The notes: generated from the sequence alone by a model not told the origin. A stretch of DNA of 52,648 bases from an uncultured bacterium (GCA_964245595.1 CAXTNU010000001.1:1-52648); one strand, 5' to 3'; shown: positions 22,252 through 32,451, counted from the first letter of the stretch. Program-made: numbers and translations.

Positions 22252-23289
22252 TCAGACCAACGGCTCGCGCAGCACGTCGTCGAGCATCTCAGCCGCGTCA
22301 GATGGCAAAGATCTCAAGTCGAGATGTTCGGCCGCCGCAGCGTTCACAGTCCGCATGGGGAGCGCAGGTTCGCTACGTCGCGTCTTTATCGCCCGATGCA
22401 TGAAGGCAAAGTCGTTAGTCTCGCGGCCGAACCGCAGCGCGAGATGTTCAGGGTCGATACGCAAGGGTGCCGCCTGCGACCAGAGGACGTTGGCCAGTTC
22501 GCGCGGGGTGCCTGCGAAGTTCTCCCAGAAGGCCGGCGCATCGAGACTTCCGAGGACGCCAAGTGCGTACCGGTTCGCGTCCGATTCGTCCTTTGCGTCT
22601 TGATCTTCATCGACCGCGTCGGAAAAGGATTCGTTCTCCTGAACATGCCCAAGTGCGATGTGGCCGAGTTCATGCGCGATAAGGAAGGCGTCCCACGCTG
22701 CCAACTGCTGCTCGTTGCGCGTGAGCAAGATGACGTCGCGGCCGTCAACACGATGGACCAACGCATCCATTCCGCGGGGAGTTGGGACCGCGGCGACATG
22801 AAGCACCGCGATATTGCGGTCCCAACAGTAGCGCAACAAGCCCTCCAACGACGTCCATGGTACGTCGCTGGAGGCCAGAATTTCCGCGCGTACACCGGCG
22901 GGGTCGGCGCTTACCGGGGCGGACCTCGGGATGGTGGCGGCGACTAAACGCGCGATGCCCGCGCAGTACGCCTGCGGCGCGTCCGGCGGCGCCTGGGCAG
23001 TCGAGGATCCCGAACGTTTGAACCGCATGCCAACAGGCCCGTCCGGGACGATGCGATCGTGCTCGAGGAACTCCGCCACGTCGAGTCCAAGGCGTCGCGC
23101 GAGAACGAGTTTAAGGTGCTGCTTCGCGCCCTCGTCCTCTCTCTCGACATCCGCGGTCCACCAGGTGGGGATGGCGTGGCCGAGGACGTCGGATTGGTAT
23201 CCCTCGCCACGGAGGCGCTTCGTGAGTTCGCGCACGGCCCGCCCTCGGCCGGCTAACGCATCGGCAGCCATCGAGTCTGGGACTTCCAC
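22252..23289 (-). CDS. ImmA/IrrE-family metallopeptidase
   Basis: FLIAHELGHI (HExxH), DESDANRYA. Confidence 0.8.
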   Translation of the reverse strand: MEVPDSMAADALAGRGRAVRELTKRLRGEGYQSDVLGHAIPTWWTADVEREDEGAKQHLKLVLARRLGLDVAEFLEHDRIVPDGPVGMRFKRSGSSTAQAPPDAPQAYCAGIARLVAATIPRSAPVSADPAGVRAEILASSDVPWTSLEGLLRYCWDRNIAVLHVAAVPTPRGMDALVHRVDGRDVILLTRNEQQLAAWDAFLIAHELGHIALGHVQENESFSDAVDEDQDAKDESDANRYALGVLGSLDAPAFWENFAGTPRELANVLWSQAAPLRIDPEHLALRFGRETNDFAFMHRAIKTRRSEPALPMRTVNAAAAEHLDLRSLPSDAAEMLDDVLREPLV

Positions 23290-23322
23290 GGTGGAGGCAA
23301 GGGTTCCGCCTGCCGGCTTGCT

Positions 23323-23862
23323 TTACGAGCACGCGACTCCGACTAGGCCGATCATCAGGTTTCCGTAGGCCTCGGCAAGGTCCAACAATTCGGCCACGCT
23401 CGGCGAGTTGCGGAGCACCAACACGATGTCATCGCCATGCCGCTCGGCGCGCAGAATGAGCTTTTGCAATTGGACTGCAGGATGCGTGCGGCCGTGTCTA
23501 CCACGGAGGTAGTGTAGGTCGGCCAGAAATGCTCCACGCGCGGCGCCGTCGCCGCGCAGAAAGAGCCTCGGATGATCCGTGGTCGCGTCCATCACCACGA
23601 GGGCGGACACGGAAACGAATCGGCCGCCGCGCGCTCGACGCAACCGGCACCTGATGCTTGTGCAGTACGCGACATCGACAACGGCGTCGGGATACCTCGC
23701 AAGGAGCCGCGAAAGCGCGCGTCCAGAACAGCGCAGCTTGATGCGGTCAGGACTTTCGCTTCGTTGAGCATGGACGCCCCTCTCACCGAGCGCGTACGCA
23801 GATTGCGCCAGCGCTTCCACGCCTGGGGTGTGGTGTGAAAGGTGGAGGGTAAACTCGGGCAT
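23323..23862 (-). CDS. Hypothetical protein
   Basis: GAGGAG RBS before ATG 23862; co-directional with neighbours; no motif recognised. Confidence 0.5.
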   Translation of the reverse strand: MPEFTLHLSHHTPGVEALAQSAYALGERGVHAQRSESPDRIKLRCSGRALSRLLARYPDAVVDVAYCTSIRCRLRRARGGRFVSVSALVVMDATTDHPRLFLRGDGAARGAFLADLHYLRGRHGRTHPAVQLQKLILRAERHGDDIVLVLRNSPSVAELLDLAEAYGNLMIGLVGVACS

Positions 23863-23898
23863 GATGGCTCCTCGTGGAAGCCGCACGCCTCATGTTTC

Positions 23899-23938
23899 GA
23901 ATTCGCGGCGGCGGCGAGCCTATCGCCGCCGCGAATTC
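23899..23938. terminator. 15-bp perfect stem-loop downstream of the nuclease gene
   Basis: GAATTCGCGGCGGCG / CGCCGCCGCGAATTC with 10-nt loop; no U-tail, so it may be a stabiliser rather than a terminator. Confidence 0.45.
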
Positions 23939-23953
23939 CCGGTACCACGTTGA

Positions 23954-24934
23954 CTACGCCGTCTTGCGTCGGCCCGCGCGGCGGGCTCGCTCGAACGGAT
24001 TGCGGATTGGGTAGACGGGCGGGCCGGGAAGGTTCACCGTTGGACAGCTGTAGCGGACGTCACAGGCGTTGCAGGTCTTGGTGTCTGGCGGTTCCAACGG
24101 CGTCGGCCAGTTGCCGTCCTGACGATGCTGCATAATCGCCCGGGCATCGGCATCGAATCGCGTAAGCGCTTCACGCACGCGTTCCTCGGTGATAGTTACA
24201 TCGAGAGTGGCGAATTGGGGCCGTCCCTTCGTCCTGTTCACCCCTTCAAGTTCATTAATGAAGTACACAACGGCGCGAGCAGGGAAGGCGTCCGTCCGTA
24301 GGCGGTACAGTTCCGCGTACACAAGCATTTGCCACTCGTAGTTCTTCCAGTCCGCTGTGCCGCGTCCGAGCCGTTTGGAACCCTTGTAGTCCCAGATCTC
24401 CATGGTCCCGGGATCGAGTGGTTGGTCGATGCGCTCAACGTCCTCAGCCCGCGCGATGACATCGACGACGCCGCGCAACACGTAGTCGCGCCGGTCGCTC
24501 TCAAGCCGGAACTCTGTGTCATGCACGCGCGGGTAGAGCGTCGGTCCTTCGATGGCGTTGAAGTTCTTAATGACCTCCTCTGCCTGGTCTGCGACATCGT
24601 CGTTTGCCGCACGCACGCCGTGTGATTGGAGCGCGTTGCGGACCTCGAGGAAATATGTGGCGATGTCCTCGTCCCTCGCAAGCGTCCCGAACGGTCTATC
24701 CGGGACGAGTCCCCGGTAGAGGCGGTGGCAACGGTCGAGGACCTGGTGGATGATAGTCCCGTAGAACGCCTGCGTAGAGCGCGCCGGCACGAAGCCATCG
24801 TTTCCAAAGAAGCGGTACTGTCGGGAGCATTTCCGGTACGACAGAATGTCGGATGTTAGGCTAAACCGTGGCCGGGCCACGGTCGGCGGCTGATACGGGA
24901 CGTGCAAGCCCTCGAAGTTTTCCCAAATCGCCAT
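23954..24934 (-). CDS. RecB/AddB-like PD-(D/E)XK nuclease with Fe-S cysteines
   Basis: CSRQY, GTIIH, LRGVVDV, IWDYK, QMLVYA, C..C.....C. Confidence 0.88.
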   Translation of the reverse strand: MAIWENFEGLHVPYQPPTVARPRFSLTSDILSYRKCSRQYRFFGNDGFVPARSTQAFYGTIIHQVLDRCHRLYRGLVPDRPFGTLARDEDIATYFLEVRNALQSHGVRAANDDVADQAEEVIKNFNAIEGPTLYPRVHDTEFRLESDRRDYVLRGVVDVIARAEDVERIDQPLDPGTMEIWDYKGSKRLGRGTADWKNYEWQMLVYAELYRLRTDAFPARAVVYFINELEGVNRTKGRPQFATLDVTITEERVREALTRFDADARAIMQHRQDGNWPTPLEPPDTKTCNACDVRYSCPTVNLPGPPVYPIRNPFERARRAGRRKTA

Positions 24935-24943
24935 ATCATATCC

Positions 24944-27172
24944 TCATAACGGCGGCGCGTGGTACCGCAGCCAGGTGCGGTCTGGTCCGCACGGGATGCT
25001 GTCGTTTCTGCGGAAGTGGGCATCGCTACCGACGAGGATGAGCGCCCACTGCGCGCGCGAGTACGCCACGTAGAACGCGCGCACGGTATCGACCTCCGCG
25101 CGCACGGAGGCGTCTGGGCGCGCGAATTGACGCGCGTCTTCGCGCGCGAACCGGGCGATGTCGTCCTCCAGCGCGTAGACAGCAGCCTTGGGATTAGCGG
25201 TCGTGCCCATGCTCCCAACGAAGACAAACGGGAACTGCAATCCCTTCGCCTGGTGGATGGTCATGATTGGGACGTAGCCGGGTGGGACGATGATGTCATC
25301 ATCCTCCTCGTCGTTCATCCCCTCAAGCGCCAAAAACCCGAAGAACAAGTTGTAGAAGCCACCGTTCCATTTCGGCACTACGCCGCGCTCGCCTGTAGGA
25401 GCGGCCATCATGCTGCCGCGCCGTACACGGTCGTCGCGCGCGACGGGAAGCGAAGCGAACGCCTCGATCAGAGCCGTGATTTTGGCAAGCCGCTCACGTC
25501 GGACCGGGTCCTCGTCGTTCCACGAGCGGAACGGTTGGAGCGCGAGGATCAGGTACAGCAACTCTTGCAGTTCGGTTGGTACGCGTTCGCCGGGGTGCTC
25601 ACCGATATTGCGCACCGCTTGCGCAACGTAGGTGCCCAGCTCGGGGTGGTCGCGCGCCACCCTCTCGTAGACGGCACGCGCACTATGGACGAGGTCCGCT
25701 ATCTCGCGTTCCCAGGGAGGGCTCGGGAGGTCCGGGTCGGTGATCGCCGTGATGGCGCCGAGCAGCGCGAGAACCTCCTCTTGCGCGAGGAACGATTTAT
25801 TGCGCGGATTGAAATATGGGATGCCGCGCGCGCGCAGCGCCGTCGCATAGGCGCCCGCTCCCTGCGCACCCTCTTTCGTGCTGCGCAGGATTAGACAGCA
25901 CTGACTATAGTCCTCGATGACACCGTTGTTTTTCAGGTCTGCAATGGTCTCGGCAAAAGCGTCCGCGAACGCTTCGTAGTTGCGTCCGCTCATCTTCCCG
26001 ACCGCAGGGTAGTCGTGCGCGCTGATCTTCGTGTTCATCGCCTCAAGGGGCGGTTTGCCGGGCACGCGTGACCCCGGTGCGGCCATCCCCGCGAACGCTG
26101 TCACGTACGCGTTGCAGAAGTCGACCACCTTACTGTGGGAACGAAAGTTCTCTACTAGCGGGTATTTCGCGACCTCGGCGCGTTCGACGCCCAGTTGCGC
26201 GACGCAAGCTTCATCGAACGTCACCATGCATTCAACAGAGGCGCCCCGGAAGCGGTACAGAGCCTGGTCGTCGTCGCCGACCACGACGATGTTCTTCGTG
26301 CCACGCGCGAGGTTCAGATAGATACGTTCCTGCAGCACGTTAGTGTCCTGGTATTCGTCGACAAGCACCCACCGGATCGGCGGGCGCTCCGTGGTACCTT
26401 CGCGCAGCTCACGTCCCGCCGGCGTGTCGAGGAACTCGAGAAAGCGCGCTTGCAGGTGGGCAAAGTCGCAGCGGTTCCGTGCTTTGAGCGTCTCCGTGTA
26501 CTGCTCATAGACATCGGCCAACATAGCCCAGGCGCCGCCCTCGGCCCGCATGAGGGCGAGCGAGGCGCGGTCTTCGGCCACCCGGTTGAACAGTTTCACG
26601 AGTTCGCGCGTTGCGACCCAGCGCCGTGGAGGCTTGTCGTACTCGGGCTTCCAGTCGAGCGGACGGAACAGGTACGCGAAGTGGCGCCAGAACTCCAGCC
26701 GTTCCGGCGCCGTGCTCCGCTTGACGAACTCCACGTGCTGGTGCACAAACATTGCCGTCTCGAACTCGTCCATGAGGCGGACGTTCTGATAGTTAGGCGC
26801 GCGGAATTCTTGCAGGAGGTCATTGCACAGGCCGTGCAGCGTGCCGATGCGAAGACGCGAAACGTCAACGCTGCGCGCCTCAGGATACGCGTTCACGACG
26901 GCCGTGTTGTAGAGGCCAATTCGGTCGTCGATGTTGCGAGCGGCCTTCTCGGTGAACGTCGTTACGACGATGCTCTCTGCGTCGACCCCATCGACGTAGA
27001 GCAGACGAAGCACAAGCAGAGCGAGCGTCTCGGTCTTCCCCGAGCCCGGTCCGGCGATAACCCAGGCCGGGCCAGAGGGGTGCGCGATGATATTGCGCTG
27101 TGCCCTGCTCGGACGCTCCTCGCCATCGCCGCGAGGTGGAAAGATGGCGCGCAGCAACTGCTCGAGGGTCAT
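24944..27172 (-). CDS. UvrD/Rep (SF1A) helicase
   Basis: AGPGSGKT, TFTEKAA, VDEYQDTN, GDDDQALYRFRGA, NFRS, TIHQAKGLQF, YVAYSRA; AGGAG RBS. Confidence 0.95.
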   Translation of the reverse strand: MTLEQLLRAIFPPRGDGEERPSRAQRNIIAHPSGPAWVIAGPGSGKTETLALLVLRLLYVDGVDAESIVVTTFTEKAARNIDDRIGLYNTAVVNAYPEARSVDVSRLRIGTLHGLCNDLLQEFRAPNYQNVRLMDEFETAMFVHQHVEFVKRSTAPERLEFWRHFAYLFRPLDWKPEYDKPPRRWVATRELVKLFNRVAEDRASLALMRAEGGAWAMLADVYEQYTETLKARNRCDFAHLQARFLEFLDTPAGRELREGTTERPPIRWVLVDEYQDTNVLQERIYLNLARGTKNIVVVGDDDQALYRFRGASVECMVTFDEACVAQLGVERAEVAKYPLVENFRSHSKVVDFCNAYVTAFAGMAAPGSRVPGKPPLEAMNTKISAHDYPAVGKMSGRNYEAFADAFAETIADLKNNGVIEDYSQCCLILRSTKEGAQGAGAYATALRARGIPYFNPRNKSFLAQEEVLALLGAITAITDPDLPSPPWEREIADLVHSARAVYERVARDHPELGTYVAQAVRNIGEHPGERVPTELQELLYLILALQPFRSWNDEDPVRRERLAKITALIEAFASLPVARDDRVRRGSMMAAPTGERGVVPKWNGGFYNLFFGFLALEGMNDEEDDDIIVPPGYVPIMTIHQAKGLQFPFVFVGSMGTTANPKAAVYALEDDIARFAREDARQFARPDASVRAEVDTVRAFYVAYSRAQWALILVGSDAHFRRNDSIPCGPDRTWLRYHAPPL

Positions 27173-27254
27173 GGTCTCCTGCCCGGGCCGTAGCAACAGA
27201 GAAGGCTTCTGCCGGAAGAGCCTCTCGGGCTGCCCTACTTGATCGGGTCCCCTC

Positions 27255-27350
27255 GACACCCCTGCACAGTTTATAGCCCTGTTCGTGGGTGTCTTAGCAT
27301 AATAACTGTAGACCATGAGGAATATGTTGCTACGCAGTTAATAAGCCCTC
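27255..27350. promoter_or_regulatory. AT-rich divergent promoter region between the helicase and the dpd-like operon
   Basis: CATAAT and TAATAA boxes; imperfect IR TAACTGTAG...CTACGCAGTTA; separates divergent genes. Confidence 0.5.
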
Positions 27351-28244
27351 ATGCCCAGAGCGACGCCCGAAACAGTGCGCCGTCCTATCGTGGTGACGTG
27401 GTGCGTCGCTCGTAAGACGGTTCCGGCCAGTGCCCGATTCACGGAGGCCTCGGGGTCGACATCCGACCGCATCGCCGCTTGGCTCGGGACGCTACGGGAC
27501 GCACCACCCAAGGTCCCGGCGCGGGACCTGTACGCGGGCCGCGCGTTTTGTCTCGCGCGTGAGGCAGCAGACCGTTACGGAGCCGACCTCTCGGTCGTGT
27601 CGGCGGGACTAGGCTGGGTGACCGCCACGACGGTCGTGCCAGCCTACGACGTGACAGTGGGAACAGGGGGCCTTCAGGGCCACGACTTCGACCTGGCCGC
27701 ATGGTGGCGATCCGTGGTCACTGGCCCCTTCTCGACCACTCCGGGACGCGACCTGGCGGACCGACCTCTGGTCCTCGCCTGTGTCGCGAGCGCCTACGCG
27801 TCGTTCTTCTCGGATGCGCTTGGTTCAGTTCCGCGCGAGCGGCTACGGATCTTCGGCAGCGGACTCGCGCAACGCCTGGGAGGAGGGTTATCCTACGCGG
27901 TGATGCCGTACGACGACCGGCTCGACGTTCTCGTACCGGGGACGCGAGCGGACTTCGCGCAGCGCGCGCTTCGCCACTACCTTTTTGAGATCGGTCCGTC
28001 GACAGATACCGAGGGAGACAAGCGGCGAATCAAGGCTGCGCTCGCTGGTCTGGCGAAGGATCGGATCCGACCCGGACGGAGCCTGGGCGACGAAGAGATC
28101 CGCGCACGCATCTGCCAAACCGCGGCCGAGACTGGGTTGAGCCGGACGGCGATGCTGCGCCACTTCCGAGACGTGCTTGGGATCGCTTGCGAGCAGTCCC
28201 GGTTCGCGCGCCTGTACGGGGAGGCGTTGCCCGATGGGCACTGA
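27351..28244 (+). CDS. YaaA/DUF328-like protein, candidate DpdC
   Basis: C..RK, PARDLYAG, VVSAGLG.V, PAYD motifs; first gene of the dpdA operon. Confidence 0.6.
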   Translation: MPRATPETVRRPIVVTWCVARKTVPASARFTEASGSTSDRIAAWLGTLRDAPPKVPARDLYAGRAFCLAREAADRYGADLSVVSAGLGWVTATTVVPAYDVTVGTGGLQGHDFDLAAWWRSVVTGPFSTTPGRDLADRPLVLACVASAYASFFSDALGSVPRERLRIFGSGLAQRLGGGLSYAVMPYDDRLDVLVPGTRADFAQRALRHYLFEIGPSTDTEGDKRRIKAALAGLAKDRIRPGRSLGDEEIRARICQTAAETGLSRTAMLRHFRDVLGIACEQSRFARLYGEALPDGH

Positions 28245-29343
28245 CGCGCTCGTCGTGCGCGCCATTCACGCGCGGCAGGGCGACCACGACATCTACTCCT
28301 TCTTCATCCGTGGCCCGCAACTCTTGAAGATCGCGAAAATCTCGCGAATCGCGCCCGACGAGAAGGGCGGGCTCTCAGGCTTTCAACGTAAGCCCGTCCA
28401 AGATCAAGTGCGCGCCATCGCGGAATACGTTTCGCGCGGCGACGTGCTCTTCCCGAACGCCATCGTGCTCGCCCTCAGTTCGAATGTCAAGTACGTAGCA
28501 ACCCGAGGCCCCACCCCACGTGGAAGCAACGACACGGGGGAGGCGGGGACACTCACAATTCCCGCCGCCCAGGGCACTGCCGCGGCGTGGATCGTAGACG
28601 GCCAGCAGCGCGCACTCGCGCTCGCGGAGAGCCGCGCGGAACACCTCCTCGTCCCGGTGGTCGCATTTGTCTCCGAAGCGGTGGCGACGCAACGCGAGCA
28701 GTTCATTTTGGTCAACAAGGCGCGACCACTCTCGCGCCGGCTAATCGACGAACTGCTGCCCGAGGTAGACTTCCCGCTGCCTCGGGATCTTTCAGCACGC
28801 AAGACGCCGAGCTACCTTTGCGGCGTGCTCAACGACCACCCTGACTCTCCGTTCCATGGGCTGATACGCCGAGCGTCGACCGTCGGCGACGGCGCCGTCG
28901 TCACCGACTCAAGCCTTGTCCGCGCCATCCGGAATAGCATCGCACATCCGCGCGGCGCGCTTGCGGCGCACGTCACACCCGACGGCAAGACGGATATGGC
29001 TGCGGCCTTCCAGACATTAGTCACCTTCTGGGGAGCAGTCCGCGACGTTTTTCCGGATGCGTGGGGGTTGCCAGCCGACCGCAGCCGGCTCATGCACAGC
29101 GCCGGCATTGAGGCCATGGGAGTTCTGATGGACCAAATCATGGGCCGCCTTGCGTCGACAGACAACGCCTTGAAAGTTCGTACGTCGCTCGAACGAATCG
29201 CTCTCGAATGTCGTTGGACTCACGGTCGTTGGGCGACGATCGATCGCGAGTGGAACGACATTCAGAGCACCCCGCACGATGTCAGGCTACTCGCGAATCT
29301 ACTCGTCTCTCTGGATCGGGGCGCCCTGGTGGAGCAGCGTTGA
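28234..29343 (+). CDS. DGQHR-domain (DndB/DpdB-like) protein 1
   Basis: GFQR, FPNAIVL, IVDGQQR, QFILVN. Confidence 0.88.
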   Translation: MGTDALVVRAIHARQGDHDIYSFFIRGPQLLKIAKISRIAPDEKGGLSGFQRKPVQDQVRAIAEYVSRGDVLFPNAIVLALSSNVKYVATRGPTPRGSNDTGEAGTLTIPAAQGTAAAWIVDGQQRALALAESRAEHLLVPVVAFVSEAVATQREQFILVNKARPLSRRLIDELLPEVDFPLPRDLSARKTPSYLCGVLNDHPDSPFHGLIRRASTVGDGAVVTDSSLVRAIRNSIAHPRGALAAHVTPDGKTDMAAAFQTLVTFWGAVRDVFPDAWGLPADRSRLMHSAGIEAMGVLMDQIMGRLASTDNALKVRTSLERIALECRWTHGRWATIDREWNDIQSTPHDVRLLANLLVSLDRGALVEQR

Positions 29344-30611
29344 AGTTTCTGTACTCCGACAGCCTGGACTTCGTCGATCCAGAATACGATTTCGCGCGCG
29401 GTCAGCACGGGGCCGTGCGTCGCATGCACGAGGACGACGATTATCCCCACGAGCATTTCGCGAAGGCGCCATACGACGGCCTTCTGGTGTCCCGTGCCAT
29501 AGTCGGCGACGCCCACCGAAAGGGCAAGTACACGCCCGCGCAGGCCATGCGCTTTCATCGCGAAGGGGCCCGTGCGTTCCTGCGGTATCCGAAGGCCCGC
29601 TTCCGCGGAAGCATTATGATGGGCGACTGTGGCGCGTTTTCGTACAGCAATGATGCGGTTCCGCCCTACAGTGTCGAAGACACGCTCGAATTCTACGAAG
29701 ACGGCGGCTTCTCGCACGGGTGTTCCGTCGACCACGTCATCTTTGACTTCACTGACAATGCTCGTCCATCGCGACGCGCGAAGAAGCGCTTCGACATCAC
29801 GCTTGACAACGCGAGGCGCTTCATCAAGGCATCCGGCGTCTTGGGTAAGGGTTTCACGCCGGTAGGCGTCGTCCAGGGCTGGTCGCCGGAGAGCATGGCC
29901 GATGCAGCGGTGCAACTCGCCAAGATGGGATACCGATACCTCGCAGTTGGCGGCCTAGTTCCGCTGCGGACTTCGCAGATATGCTCCGCGCTCGCGGCGA
30001 TCCGCGACCCGCTACCCTCTTTTGTGAAGCTCCATTTGCTCGGGTTCGGAAAGGTGGAAGACCTCCAGGAAGTCGCCCGCTACGGAATCGCGAGCTTCGA
30101 CACGACCTCGCCGCTTCGTCGCGCGTTCAAAGACGCGGATAAGAACTACTTCGCCTTCCGCCCGGACGGCGGCATAGACTACTACACTGCGATCCGCATA
30201 CCGCAGGCAGTCAATAGTTCGCGGCTGCTTCGGCGTGTTCGCCTGGGCCAGCTGAACCAGGAGCGGCTCCTGACGCTGGAGGCCGACGCTCTCGCCGCCG
30301 TCCGCGCGTTCGCTGAGCGACGTATGAACAGCATGGACGCGGTAAGCGCCATCATGGCGTACGTCACGTACGCGCTCTGGGACGACCGGGTGACGGACGA
30401 GCGGAACTCGGCACGCTTCGCGCGATTCGCGACCGTGTACTGCCAGACACTAGAATCCCGCGTGTGGGAGTCGTGCGACTGCAGGGTCTGCGCTGAGATC
30501 GGCGTGGAGTGCCTCCTCTTCCGCTCCTCAAACCATAACAAACGCCGTGGTTTTCACAATCTACACGTCTTCTACAAGAGCGTCGGCGCACGCTTCGGCA
30601 GGAAAGTATGA
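29340..30611 (+). CDS. dpdA: TGT-like DNA 7-deazaguanine transglycosylase
   Basis: DCGAFSY, SVDH, GVVQGW, GGLVP, HLLG, SFDTTSP, Zn site C.C..C...HN; TTG overlaps upstream TGA. Confidence 0.85.
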   Translation: MKFLYSDSLDFVDPEYDFARGQHGAVRRMHEDDDYPHEHFAKAPYDGLLVSRAIVGDAHRKGKYTPAQAMRFHREGARAFLRYPKARFRGSIMMGDCGAFSYSNDAVPPYSVEDTLEFYEDGGFSHGCSVDHVIFDFTDNARPSRRAKKRFDITLDNARRFIKASGVLGKGFTPVGVVQGWSPESMADAAVQLAKMGYRYLAVGGLVPLRTSQICSALAAIRDPLPSFVKLHLLGFGKVEDLQEVARYGIASFDTTSPLRRAFKDADKNYFAFRPDGGIDYYTAIRIPQAVNSSRLLRRVRLGQLNQERLLTLEADALAAVRAFAERRMNSMDAVSAIMAYVTYALWDDRVTDERNSARFARFATVYCQTLESRVWESCDCRVCAEIGVECLLFRSSNHNKRRGFHNLHVFYKSVGARFGRKV

Positions 30612-31645
30612 CCGCCACCACTATAACTCTCGGGCCGACGATCTCGCCGCATCAGGGGACAGCCGCCCGGGTCCTGTGCTTCACCGCTACCGCGCGTCAA
30701 ATCGCTAGCATCGCCCGGATCGACCGCATCGGTCGTGATGGGAGCGGCGACCTGCGCGGCTTTCAGCGTCCCCAGATCGCTACGCACATCCGGGAAATAC
30801 GGGACTACCTTTCCACGTCAGAAGCGATACTTCCCAACGTCATCGTCCTCGCCTTCAATGAAGGCGTGAAGATTCGGAAGGACGGCATGTTGCTTGTCGA
30901 CGTCTCGACAGGACCGCCAGGATGGGTAGTCGATGGACAACAGCGGCTGACCGCCGCGCTGTCGATCGGCGAATCGCCGTTCGAACTGCTCGTATCGGCC
31001 TTCATCTGCAACGACATGGCGGAACTCAAGCGCCAGTTCATCCTTGTGAACAACACGCGACCGCTCGCAAAGCCCTTGATTTACGAACTCCTGCCCGGCA
31101 CGAGCGGCCTTCCGCACCGCCTATCCGACCGCACCGAAGCCGCCATCCTGACCGAAGCACTCAACTACCGCGAGGACTCGTCCCTCCACGGTTTGATCCA
31201 GCAGCAGACCAATCCCGACGGCGTCATCAAGGACACGATCCTGCAGAAGATGCTGATCAACTCGATGCTCCACGGAGCGCTGCGAGACGGGGCCGGAACG
31301 TCGGTCGCGTCCCGGTTTGCACTCGTGAGCGCGTTCTTCGCCGCGGTACGGCGCGTTTTTGAGCCCGATTGGGTGGGCCACAACGCCAAGACGTCTCGGC
31401 TACTCCATGGCGTGGGCGTGATCTCTATGGGCTACGTGATGGACGAACTCTACGTCCGCAAACGCGCACGCCGGCTCCGGGAGTTCGAACGTGGCTTGGA
31501 TCCGCTCGATGGGCGCACGCACTGGACGTCCGGGGAATGGAAGATTGGGGCCGAGCGGCGTCCGTGGCACTCGCTGCAGAACACGAACGCTGATTATCGG
31601 CTGCTTTCCCACCACCTCGTGCGCATGATACGGCGGGGACCGTGA
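30608..31645 (+). CDS. DGQHR-domain (DpdB-like) protein 2
   Basis: GFQRPQI, LPNVIVL, VVDGQQR, QFILVN. Confidence 0.88.
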   Translation: MTATTITLGPTISPHQGTAARVLCFTATARQIASIARIDRIGRDGSGDLRGFQRPQIATHIREIRDYLSTSEAILPNVIVLAFNEGVKIRKDGMLLVDVSTGPPGWVVDGQQRLTAALSIGESPFELLVSAFICNDMAELKRQFILVNNTRPLAKPLIYELLPGTSGLPHRLSDRTEAAILTEALNYREDSSLHGLIQQQTNPDGVIKDTILQKMLINSMLHGALRDGAGTSVASRFALVSAFFAAVRRVFEPDWVGHNAKTSRLLHGVGVISMGYVMDELYVRKRARRLREFERGLDPLDGRTHWTSGEWKIGAERRPWHSLQNTNADYRLLSHHLVRMIRRGP

Positions 31646-31727
31646 GGACGCAGGATGCCAGCCGTCTGGAACCACAAGCGGCGACGATGCCGGCGACGCC
31701 GTGTCTGGCCGGGAGGGATGAAGTACG

Positions 31728-32447
31728 ATGAGTGATTTGGACCCGTCCGCGGCGTTGGTCCTATTTTCGGGCGGACAGGACTCAACCACGTGCCTCGCCT
31801 GGGCTCTCGACCGGTTCGCCCGGGTGGAGACGATCGGCTTCCTCTACGGTCAACGTCACGCTGTCGAGATGGACGTGCGCGAACCGATCCGCGATGCATT
31901 ACGCGCGCACTCGCCGGTGTGGTCCGAACGGCTGGGGCCGGATCACGTCGTGCCGCTCGAGGCGCTGCCGCTCGTGTCACGGAGCGCCCTCGTGGACGGC
32001 GGTTCGTTCGGCCTGCGCGACGACGGGTTACCGAAAACCTTTGTGCCAGGCCGAAACCTAGTGTTCCTAATGTTCGCGGCAATCGTGGCGCAGCAGCGGG
32101 GACTCAAGGTTCTGGTTGCGGGGACATGCGAGACTGACTATTCCGGTTATCCGGACTGCAGGGACGACACCGTTAAAGCCCTCCAGGTCGCGCTGAACCT
32201 CGGGATGCAGACGCGTCTGACGATCGAGACGCCGCTGATGTGGTTGGATAAAGCACAGACGTGGGAGCTGGCCGGGGCGCTGGGTGGTGATGAACTCATG
32301 TCGCTCGTGGTCGAGATGACTCACACCTGCTACGCCGGTGATCGTACGCATCGGCATTCATGGGGCTACGGATGCGACGCGTGCGACGCGTGCGCGTTGC
32401 GGGCCCGCGGCTGGTCCGCCTACGGGTTGCGCAGGATCCAGGCCTGA
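31728..32447 (+). CDS. queC: 7-cyano-7-deazaguanine synthase
   Basis: [38 protein letters not shown]...GC..C.AC. Confidence 0.95.
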   Translation: MSDLDPSAALVLFSGGQDSTTCLAWALDRFARVETIGFLYGQRHAVEMDVREPIRDALRAHSPVWSERLGPDHVVPLEALPLVSRSALVDGGSFGLRDDGLPKTFVPGRNLVFLMFAAIVAQQRGLKVLVAGTCETDYSGYPDCRDDTVKALQVALNLGMQTRLTIETPLMWLDKAQTWELAGALGGDELMSLVVEMTHTCYAGDRTHRHSWGYGCDACDACALRARGWSAYGLRRIQA

Positions 32448-32451
32448 GACG

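Noticed and set aside
23954-24934. Cas4 assignment for the Fe-S nuclease
   Set aside because: No cas1/cas2 or array; it is coupled to a UvrD helicase, which fits a RecB/AddB-like nuclease.
29340-30611. Housekeeping tRNA-guanine transglycosylase (tgt)
   Set aside because: Divergent N-terminus, DCGAF instead of DSGG(F/Y)Q, and an island context with DGQHR partners.
28234-31645. Dnd phosphorothioation system
   Set aside because: DGQHR proteins are present but dndA/C/D/E are not; the neighbours are TGT-like and que genes.
31728-32447. QatC or type IV CBASS QueC-like protein
   Set aside because: Canonical QueC length and motifs, adjacent to queD; no QatA/TatD or CD-NTase is visible.
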